Shown here in pieces: positions 1 through 8,549 of a stretch of 8,549 nt of DNA (the stretch's first letter is position 1; each line of letters starts with the position of its first letter). The position numbers and the translations under genes were made by a program. The DNA comes from Tubiluchus corallicola (Eukaryota > Animalia > Priapulida): assembly GCA_030141605.1 (NCBI GenBank), contig JAQGDQ010002211.1, forward strand, positions 1 through 8,549. The letters run 5' to 3'. The notes under the pieces were generated by a model. It was given only the letters and a program-made list of their open reading frames with translations. It was not told where the DNA came from and did not search any database.

Positions 1-590
1 GTAATGCACAAGGCATTGTATCTTAATATCATAAATTAAAGTGCAATTATAGGTATATATGCGTGTAATTGTGCGTCTATTTGCAGTCAGTGGTGCAGGA
101 CGAACTGGTCTCTGCCCTGATTTTTACACTAATAGTAATTATACATCAAATTTCCAAGCCATTTATCATTTTTTGCGGACAAATTTTGAAGAAAGTGCAA
201 ATCGAAATAAAATGACCGGTTTTGCTGAACGCGTTGGCTTAGGAGGAGATTCCTACACTTAGTAGCTTCCACATTTCCAAAATGGAGAAATTCTTGGAAA
301 TGATGAGCAAATTATTTTTAAAATAATGTGGTATCTGTTCTTGAAATGCAGTTTATAATACTTGCATCATATTATTTTTAAATAAATATAATAAATAATA
401 TCATAATATACATTACGGAAACATAATTAAAATATAAATAAAAAGGAAAAAGCAAATAAGTTTCTCTAACTTGGTTGTAATCGAATTGGATACGATACTT
501 TAAACCTGCAAGAATTTCCCTATGAAATTCCGTGTTTTCTGGATGATTAGATGTTTATATGTTTTATTTACATTGGCTACAGCCACCACT

Positions 591-1692
<1,102 letters not shown>

Positions 1693-1793
1693 GGAGCTGA
1701 CTGGCTGTCAGAAGTTCTGGTTTCAGTGCTGGGATGTGGCATCTTAGATTATCAAATAATCAACTAATTATGAAGTAACTACTGTATTGTGAG

Positions 1794-2234
1794 TAGGGGT
1801 GAGCATTCTCTACCAGAAAGCGAATTCGAATCGAACCGAATTTGCGACTTTCGAATTCGAATCGAACCGAACTTCAGTGTCTCAAATTCGAACCGAATTC
1901 GAATTGAGATTGAAAGATTTTCGAACAAGTTTTCGAACCACCAGTAAAAATTAGTCTTACAAAGATCATGCATATCACTAGCTTTTGTTCTGCAATAAAA
2001 CGACTAGTAATTTCTTTAAAATTGTGTGCAGAAATCACAGCTAAATTATACTAATTGCCTGATGTTTCAATCGTTTTAGTGATAAAGAACAATATGTGAT
2101 TGAAGTGCTGAATTATTCGAATCTATAGTTTTGGATTCGAATCGCGTTCGAACTGAAAAAACTCGCTCGAATCGAACTCGAGCGTTCGAATTAGATTCGA
2201 ACGTTCGAACTCGAACGTTCAATGCTCACCCCTA
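1794..2234. mobile_element. Non-autonomous hAT DNA transposon (MITE), 441 bp, TAGGG termini
   Basis: Perfect 14-bp TIRs: TAGGGGTGAGCATT (1794-1807) and AATGCTCACCCCTA (2221-2234). Exact 8-bp TSD ATTGTGAG at 1786-1793 and 2235-2242. Subterminal TCGAA/CCGAA clusters at ~1821-1937 and ~2117-2220, including CGAATTCGAATCGAACCGAA at 1821 and 1852. An 8-bp TSD with short TIRs is typical of hAT. Confidence 0.93.
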
Positions 2235-2307
2235 ATTGTGAGTATACAAAAATTTGCTTGTTTTTGTTTATCTGTCTGATAATTATTGGTTTTTGTTTGT
2301 TCTTCAG

Positions 2308-2409
2308 ATTATTGGTTTCCCATTGCAACTGTTTATCGTTCATTGGTTATCAGCAGTTCATCATTCCAACTCAAGTCCTTGATTTGGTCTACATTCAAGC
2401 TCTTTGTTG
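2308..2409 (+). CDS. TMC: Internal coding exon A (102 nt, phase 2-2) of a transmembrane channel-like (TMC) protein, TMC7-like
   Basis: Acceptor tttgtttgttcttcAG ends at 2307, possible branch site CTGAT at 2276-2280, donor GTAAG at 2410. Translation xLLVSHCNCLSFIGYQQFIIPTQVLDLVYIQALC(W) matches the TMC pattern G..EF.I..NVL.++Y.Q..CW. The terminal TG joins the first G of exon B to form the conserved Trp. Confidence 0.9.
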
Positions 2410-2742
2410 GTAAGAAGCAAGAATGTTGGCGCAGAGACTTTTTGAGGGAAAATCTAATACGCAAAGTGCGAACTTTTGCCGATAGATGGGGCTGTGCGCT
2501 AAGCGAAAGAGCTAGTTCGCCTAAAAATAATTTTTGTGGAAGTCACTCATCGATTTACTAACCAGGTTTAGCATCGTCTGTTTTTCTCACTAAGCACACA
2601 CCGTTACCATTTAGCCATGTCACTTCGTCCAGAGGGTAGACATCAGGGTAATCAGTCTATAATTATTGCTGGCGAGCAGGGTATGCTGAGAAGCGTGCAA
2701 TGATTCGGGTGTGTTGCACTTACCAAGTTTATGAATCCTTAA

Positions 2743-3413
2743 AGGACAAGAAAAGGGGCACCTGAAGTTGGTTTTAGAAAAATCGTCCTAAAAAATTATA
2801 TGACTTTACAGCAATTTTATGCGTATATCGTATTCGCGTTGAAAGGAATTTTTGTTTGTTTTCGTTTTAAATCTCCCGCAATACTGTTCCGACGGCGCCA
2901 TTAGGTGACGTCACTAAAACACGTCAATCAGGGGAAGAAAAGGAAACGTTAAATTATGACCCAAAACACTTTCTGTGCAAATCTATATTACTTGGTTTAT
3001 CGCGTACCTATTGAAAAGACTTATGTAATTAGACTAATAGTTTAAAATGTTTGTGCCAATTGGTAAAATGTCGCTGACTCACCCTCCAGGGTGCGCCACT
3101 CACTAACCAAAAAACGGATTTTTAATTATATTGACAAGATACAGTAATTTTAAATTTTATTTATTTAGCAACATGTGCGCTACGAATGCTCTGATTATTT
3201 TTTCAAACTTTACTCAATGTTATCAAAACTTGTTTCAAACGACCTACCATAAAAATGGCTGCGTCTAACTGTCATCGCGGGAGTTTAAATTTACACGTTT
3301 TATACAGCGTTAAAGCCGATAGATGCGTGGCATACGAAAAGGTAGCATGTAAGTGGTATAAAATTTCGAAACGAATTTTTAAGCTTTATGTAAGTGGAGA
3401 GTTTTCTTGTGCT
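2743..3413. mobile_element. Non-autonomous TTAA-targeting DNA transposon, Kolobok-like, 671 bp
   Basis: TTAA flanks at 2739-2742 and 3414-3417. Termini AGGACAAGAAAA and TTTTCTTGTGCT match at 11/12. Internal inverted blocks are symmetric: TTTAAATCTCCCGC (2866-2879) with GCGGGAGTTTAAA (3277-3289), and GCCATT (2897-2902) with AATGGC (3254-3259), each 154 bp from its end. TTAA with AG..CT termini fits Kolobok better than piggyBac (CC..GG). Confidence 0.78.
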
Positions 3414-3641
3414 TTAATCAAAATGGCAACGTTGACATTTAAAATTCGTCTACGCGTCTGTCCTTTTTTATTTAAATCTCCTGTAAAACTTTTTGCTTCT
3501 AAACAGATCTCGTGGTCAGTATTTGCTAGAGCGTCGTGATAAGAGGTTTGTCGCACCTCTAATTTGAAACAACACCCCTCATGAGGTCCGACGCTGTAGG
3601 CTTAGATGTTTAACAACTTTCAAATATAAAGTTAGTATTTT

Positions 3642-4380
3642 TAAGTCATAAGTCATAAGTGATTTATTTCACATTGCACATTTACAATAGTTTCATGTAC
3701 AATATCTAGTGAAAGGGCCTACAATGGATATAATACAAATAAGAAATACTGCACAGGAAAAGTCTCAAACACTGTTCACTTATACACGAAGGTAAATGTG
3801 TTGAGGGCAATCAAAAAGCAGGGCTTGTTAGATTGTCACACACAGTGATAGAAAAAAAAGTAATGGAAATAATCTGAAAATTTAAAGTGAATCGTGATAA
3901 AAAACATTAGTGCTTAAAATGGAATGATGTAATGAATGAAGCTCATATATGGGATGATATAAAAGATAGAAAGACTATTATTTGTTAATAGTATGTAAAA
4001 TTAAGATATGTTGATTAAGCTAACACCACTGTTTTGCAACTACTGTGAGGATGGATACTGATAGAAATTTTGATTACTCACTGATACTTACTTAAAATTT
4101 GATTTTTTAGCATTTTTTTAAATCTAGTAATAGATCTGCTATTTTTTGCGGATTGACAAATCTCATTCCAGACTTTTGGTCCTTGATATATTATAAAATG
4201 TTTAGCTATTTTGGTTCTACAGAAATGCACAATGTATTGATTAAATCTTGTATTATGTCTCTTAGATGTCAATTTGACAGGAATTGCAAAAAACTTTATA
4301 CATGAATACTGCAATATTCAATTTAATTAAATCATCTAATCATCTAAATTAATAAATGTTTCATCTGACTTTTTAAAATA
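3642..4380 (-). mobile_element. 5'-truncated non-LTR retrotransposon (L2/Crack/CR1 group): ORF2 C-terminus, 3' UTR and tail
   Basis: Minus strand reads LDDLIKLNIAVFMYKV (FMYK at 4306-4295). After a frameshift it reads HNTR...RT...YQGPKVWNEI...SITRFKKMLK (ORF 4078-4314), a typical CR1/L2-group ORF2 end. AATAAA at 3668-3663 is followed by a (ACTTATG)~3 tail at 3662-3642. The 5' boundary is approximate. Confidence 0.85.
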
Positions 4381-5006
4381 AAACAATAATAAGAAAATCA
4401 TAAGAAAAAAGAATAACTTTTGACGGATTTTGCGAAGGGACGTTTACTTTTCAAGATTAACGTTGATAAATTTTAAATTTTCTGCAATGTGGTTATTATT
4501 AATTTTACCCATAAGTGTGATCTACGGACGCTAACTTTCTTTGAATGTCATTTTTTAATTGCTAATAAGCCTCTTCACAGTTCCAGCGATTGATGATGAT
4601 CGTGAAAAGGCCAAAGGTTAAGTGAACCAGACAACGCATTTGTGTACACTTGAGGATGTCTCGCAGCCCATGCTATTGTAATAGCAATAATTTTAACAGC
4701 TAGCCAGAACCTTATCTAGTTCATTTTTTCTTGTTTCCAAGCAAGATTCAGCTAGTAAATCATTCTGCGCACTCACTAATGCATAATTAAGTTAAGTCCA
4801 CGTAAAACAACAAAAGTCACTGAACTTATGCGATAAAAGGCTTTGCTTTATCCACATGTCATGTAACACTTGTTGCTAAGACGCATTGTAATGGTACACT
4901 TAACCTTTGACCTACAACAACTGACGTTTTCGCACAAAGAAACCGAGAAAAGGCTCAATGCGATAAAAACAGTCTTTCCTTATGAACAACATCATTATTT
5001 TTACAG

Positions 5007-5082
5007 GTTAGGAACGTACTTTAGTCCACTGATTCCTGGAATGTGTGTGATATCATTTTTTGTAAGATTCTACGTAAAAAAG
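5007..5082 (+). CDS. TMC: Internal coding exon B (76 nt, phase 2-0) of the TMC-family protein
   Basis: Acceptor attatttttacAG ends at 5006, donor AAG|GTAATG at 5083. Translation (W)LGTYFSPLIPGMCVISFFVRFYVKK matches the TMC motif W+G.FF.PLLP...FY+KK and is in frame with exons A and C. Confidence 0.92.
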
Positions 5083-5296
5083 GTAATGTCAATTCGTCTG
5101 CCATTTAACTTATGAAACTTGCAAATGCAAAGAGAAATTCTCAGTTTTCTAAACACGCAAGACCGTTTTAGCCTGAAATGTATACTTGTTGTTCCAAAAG
5201 TATCAGCGTCATTATATCTGCATTAATCGAGTCTGCATTATGACGTCATACTAGCTAAAACACAATCAAATTTCTGCACCTTCCAATATCAAAGTC

Positions 5297-5849
5297 ATAT
5301 AGGTTTTACATGTCAAATGTAGACCTGCGTTAACTCAAATGTAAATTTAGGTAATTCAAATGTGTCTTGGTAACTCAAATGTAGACTTTGGTAGTTCAAA
5401 TGTGTTAACAATGGTTTTTAACAAATCTTAAGCGCTTTTGGTAAGTCAAATGTAGACACATGTCAAGTCAAATGTGACATTGGTATCTGAAATGTGGATA
5501 GGTGGTAAAGTTTAAGGATGTTAAATTTAATCTTCTTTAATTTCAATTTAATAATTGCTCTTAAGATAAAATAACAACGTTATAGGTTCACTAATATTCT
5601 GCAAACTTTACAGACCATTGGAATTGTTAGAGAAAACAATACATAGTTAAAATAAACAATGTTTCTTTGTAAGTTGCACTTAATAAATGAGTTAATTACC
5701 GATTTATTCAAAGTAACGCATCTACATTTGACTTACCTAAGTCACATATGAGTTACCAAAACACATTCGAAATTCCTATGTTTACATTTGGCTTACCTAA
5801 GTCACATTTGAACTTTCCTGCGTCTACGTTTGACTTGTAAAACCTATAT
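5297..5849. mobile_element. Foldback-like non-autonomous DNA element with modular inverted arms of ~19-22 bp repeats, superfamily uncertain
   Basis: Outer inverted repeat 5297-5324 vs 5822-5849 matches at 26/28, including flanking ATAT/TATA. Core TCAAATGT occurs at 5313, 5335, 5356, 5375, 5396, 5446, 5468 and as a variant at 5488. Inverted ACATTTGA-like cores occur at 5724, 5744, 5763, 5784, 5804 and 5826. The centre (~5500-5720) is AT-rich and non-repetitive. Confidence 0.85.
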
Positions 5850-5951
5850 TTCTACTGTAGTTTTTTATGGAACACCCCGATACTCAGATGAATATGTTAG
5901 CATTGCATTGTCTATCGCTGATATATAATTAGGTGTTTTATTATTTTTAAG

Positions 5952-6082
5952 ATTTCACTGATGTATAATTTTACACCATCAAGTAGAGCATCCAACGTGT
6001 CAAGGACGAATGCTTTCTTTCTTGTCGTCTTAATCATAGCTTACTTTTTGTGTCTAATTCCGCTGGGACTTGCTATTTTTTC
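5952..6082 (+). CDS. TMC: Internal coding exon C (131 nt, phase 0-2) of the TMC-family protein
   Basis: Acceptor ttattatttttaAG ends at 5951, donor GTAAGT at 6083. Translation ISLMYNFTPSSRASNVSRTNAFFLVVLIIAYFLCLIPLGLAIF(S) matches the TMC segment SL+..C.P..+.F+AS.+N.FF followed by a hydrophobic helix. It is absent from the ORF track. Confidence 0.9.
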
Positions 6083-6160
6083 GTAAGTAAACTTATATAA
6101 AAATAATGCATATAGAAATATTTAATCTTAATTAGTCGTTGTACTGAAAATTCATAAGCA

Positions 6161-6470
6161 GTTGTAAAATGGCAGGATTAGTATAGCATCTAATTTTGTG
6201 TAAAACAGGGGTCATACAAGGAGGCGTATTGTCGCCAATTTCACATGCTATGTATACGCACGACCTTATGTGGTTGTTATGTGAAATATGGTGTAGAATG
6301 GAGTATCTCATTTAATCCTGACAAATCACGGCTTCTTTGCTTACGGTTGTTATGTGGTCTTGGCACTGTCATGTATGCTGAGGACATTGTCTTGCTGTTA
6401 TGAGAAAAATATGGTGTAGAATGGAGTATCTCATTTAATCCTGACAAAACACGACTTGTTTGCTTTGGCT
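6161..6470 (+). pseudogene. Degenerate non-LTR reverse transcriptase relic (CR1/L2-group-like) with internal duplication
   Basis: VVKW near 6161-6172 and GVIQGGVLSPI at 6208-6240 (the GVxQGxxLSP motif). MYAEDIVLL at 6371-6397 is a decayed YADD motif. In the same frame, after a stop, EKYGVEWSISFNPDKTRLVCFG (6404-6469) carries the FNxxKT motif. Stops and frameshifts are present. Confidence 0.8.
6284..6465 (+). repeat. Direct repeat pair with 123-bp offset
   Basis: A 42-bp exact match AAATATGGTGTAGAATGGAGTATCTCATTTAATCCTGACAAA lies at 6284-6325 and 6407-6448. It extends imperfectly for 17 more bases (TCACGGCTTCTTTGCTT vs ACACGACTTGTTTGCTT). Confidence 0.95.
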
Positions 6471-6531
6471 AAAACTTCACTAGCGAGGTGTGTAATCCGT
6501 TTTTGCGGAAACAGACAGTTAATTATTAAGG

Positions 6532-7023
6532 CAGGGGTGTGCAAATTGCGGCCCGCGGCCACTTGCAGCCCGCCGAGAGAATATGTCAACCTAAGATTTG
6601 TCAACCTAATGAAAGTGCGGCCCGGGTGATTAATTGAGTGTATCCAGCTGAAGTCCGTGCCACGATCCCAAAGATAGTGCGGGTAGTTTTCTGTACTAGA
6701 TCAGATGCCATTAACCCTTACAAGACGGTTGTAGCTTAATGTCACTGTAATACACAGACTGTGTGATACACAATACTAATATGCACTGTAATGAAATTAC
6801 CACTATCTGTCCTGAAAGTAGAAATATATCATTTGTAATATAAATTTTAATAACTTCTAAAATATTTTCTTGAGTGTAGTAGTAATGATGTACGCAGGTC
6901 GGATGCAAAAAATCGTTATTAGGCCTTTCTGTACTTGGGTCCTTGATCAAACTGCCCGTGGCCCGCAGGAATTGCGGGAAAGTTTAATGTGGCCCGGCTA
7001 GTCAGATAATTTGCACACCCCTG
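6532..7023. mobile_element. Non-autonomous hAT DNA transposon (MITE), Charlie/Buster-like, 492 bp
   Basis: Perfect 16-bp TIRs: CAGGGGTGTGCAAATT (6532-6547) and AATTTGCACACCCCTG (7008-7023). Exact 8-bp TSD TATTAAGG at 6524-6531 and 7024-7031 has a central TA (NNNTANNN, the Buster preference). Subterminal GGCCCG motifs lie near 6550, 6619, 6960 and 6991. Confidence 0.95.
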
Positions 7024-7220
7024 TATTAAGGCTTTGACCAGTAATAGGTTTCTATTGGCGTTTCAACGTTAACAAGGAAATGAATTAGTTCAGTGAATAA
7101 TATTTTATCACGGATGGACAACAATCCATAATGACATGGTAGCTAAGATAATGGTTGCCTTGTGCTATTAGACACTCACATCGGAACTGATAGATCTTAT
7201 AACGAACGAATTAATTTCTA

Positions 7221-7690
7221 ATTTATTTTATTTTATTTTATTATTATTATTATCACATTCAGTACAATATAATGACATTAAGCACACAGTGACATCAAAA
7301 TTATAACATCATACTGTATTAAATTGTTATGTTTGACACACTATTATCATAAAAGAATAATTGTACTGCAGTGGGCTAGAGAAGCAAAGGCTTGTATAAG
7401 CCCACTGTCATGTGAACCCGATAAAAAAAGAATGGATGAGTGAACAAAAAAGAACTGGGAGAAAGGTTAGATCACACAGGAAGGGTAGAAGGATGTGTTA
7501 GTGGAAATGATAGGAAGAAAGATAATAGATTGCGCTATGTTGAAATCAGTTCTAAAGATTTATCAATGATGCCTTGTTTTGCATAATCTGTACCGGAATC
7601 TAATAATCGTTTGTTCACGATAGAGGCAATCTCTCTGCGGCAACAATAATAGTTATACAAAGATCTTGTGTTGTTTACGAGTTTACTGAC
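7221..7690 (-). mobile_element. Second 5'-truncated, decayed L2/Crack-like LINE 3' end
   Basis: Minus strand has a (TAA)n/(TAAAA)n tail at 7253-7221 and a 3' UTR hairpin at 7369-7407 sharing ACAAGCC-n-GCTT with the element at 3642-4380. Weak ORF2 remnants are NTRS (7672-7661) and IRFR (7604-7593). The 5' boundary is approximate. Confidence 0.6.
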
Positions 7691-7785
7691 TAAAATTATA
7701 TCGCCAACAACCGGTACTTATTGCGTTATTTCGACGGTGGAAGAGTGTCACACGCGCGCACTCATCGAAATCTAACACAGAAAGT

Positions 7786-8549
7786 CTTTCTTCAAAATCT
7801 CATTTAACCTGTTGTAGACACTGGGGTATCAACATTTATCAGAGCATTCCACCCTCTTGTATCTGCAGCCAACAGCGCAAGTTCTTTACTCCTAAAGATA
7901 GATTTGTTTGAAGTTGTTGAACATCTTTATTTATCTTAGCTATCCAAATTGTTTTAGGTTTACCAGGTGGTTTTTTGCCAAGGTTTTAACGCTTCCTTTA
8001 AAGAGATTCTTACTGGTGCTTCATTTGGTAATCTTAGAAGATGCCCTAGCCATCTTAATCTTCGGATCTTGACTTTTGAACTCCGAAAAAATTCTTTTGC
8101 TCTGGTGTATAAATCTTCATTTTTGATTATGTATAGCCCTCTTATCTTTAAAACTTTCCTAAGAACACTTCTATGAAATGTGTCAATCTCCTTTTCTTGA
8201 GTAATCGTTTGACCCCAAGTTTCACTGTTGTACATAAGTATGCTGGAAATGAAAGCATTAAATAATCGAAGTCTTACGTTAAAACTTAATTTATGGCTAG
8301 TTAATACAATCTTTTGCTGAAGAAAAGCAAGCATTGCTTTTTGCTTTCTGCTTTTAATGTCGTCTTCGGTGCTTAGAAAAGTGCCCATGTACTTGCACTT
8401 TTTCCAAGACTGATACCATCTCTTGCGATAATGTTTTCTTCAGTTTTTGACTTGTTTACTTGAAGATTTCTTTACTCTAGTTTCTTTTTGAAAAATCCCT
8501 TTTTATTGTGTTAGTTTGAAAATTTGATACACTAATCCATCCAATATCA
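7786..8549 (-). mobile_element. RTE-like non-LTR retrotransposon ORF2 C-terminal fragment, frameshifted, probably continuing past the window edge
   Basis: Minus strand reads NLQVNKSKTEE, then WKKCKYMG, then ORF 8388-7960 (RLRLFNAFISSILMYNSETW...FHRSVLRKVL...NEDLY...RRLRWLGHLLR). After further frameshifts it reads KKPPGKPKTIWIAKINKD and LAADTRGWNALIN, with a stop at 7806-7804. These match RTE-type motifs (Y..ETW, RLRWxGHxxR, GRPxxxW, AxDRxxW). Confidence 0.88.

Noticed and set aside
80-115. SGAGRTG resembling the protein tyrosine phosphatase motif HCSAGxGRTG after a possible acceptor (ttgcag)
   Set aside because: There is no in-frame HC, the downstream residues do not resemble a phosphatase, and the site is probably inside a TMC intron. 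A chance match is likely.
1724-1747. QCWD after tttcag, resembling the TMC CWET motif
   Set aside because: A stop follows within four codons, and the expected GQEMYKL...FPR continuation is absent.
4581-4616. Possible 36-nt micro-exon (ctcttcacAG acceptor, GTTAAG donor)
   Set aside because: The donor is non-consensus. In the phase required by exon A it reads C-S-S-D-stop and would split the conserved CW-LG motif. Only RNA-seq could rescue it as a poison exon.
4828-4983. ATGCGATAAAA repeated at 4828 and 4958
   Set aside because: The exact match is only 11 bp with weak extension in AT-rich DNA, and no element boundaries are evident.
5239-5250. 12-bp palindrome TATGACGTCATA (CRE-like)
   Set aside because: It is an isolated short motif with no supporting context, so function cannot be inferred from sequence.
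5311-5495. Regularly spaced short repeats resembling a CRISPR array or iterons
   Set aside because: The units are adjacent and degenerate with no unique spacers, they are mirrored in inverted orientation at 5721-5835, the context is eukaryotic, and no cas genes are present.
1779-8176. Short track ORFs 1779-1973, 2286-2561, 3255-3539, 6711-6950 and 7967-8176
   Set aside because: They lie within or across MITEs, in the wrong frame of exon A, or antisense to the RTE fragment, and none has a recognisable motif.

Overview
This is AT-rich eukaryotic (animal-type) genomic DNA, not a prokaryotic locus, and the long ORFs in the track are microsatellite artefacts. It is the interior of a + strand transmembrane channel-like (TMC) gene. 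Three GT-AG exons (2308-2409, 5007-5082, 5952-6082) splice in frame to give xLLVSHCNCLSFIGYQQFIIPTQVLDLVYIQALCW|LGTYFSPLIPGMCVISFFVRFYVKK|ISLMYNFTPSSRASNVSRTNAFFLVVLIIAYFLCLIPLGLAIF(S), which matches the TMC domain and, from memory, TMC7-type proteins best. The introns are repeat-dense. They hold a ~1.1 kb compound (AAT)n/(CAA)n microsatellite, two hAT MITEs with perfect TIRs and 8-bp TSDs, a TTAA-flanked Kolobok-like element and a foldback-like element with modular ~20-bp repeat arms. They also hold two antisense L2/Crack-like LINE 3' ends sharing a stem-loop, a scrambled sense-strand RT relic and an antisense RTE-like ORF2 fragment. I find no support for a wholly new biological system. The best leads are the unclassified foldback element, substitutions in the TMC signature, and the shared LINE 3' stem-loop. 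All family assignments come from motif recognition by eye, without database searches.
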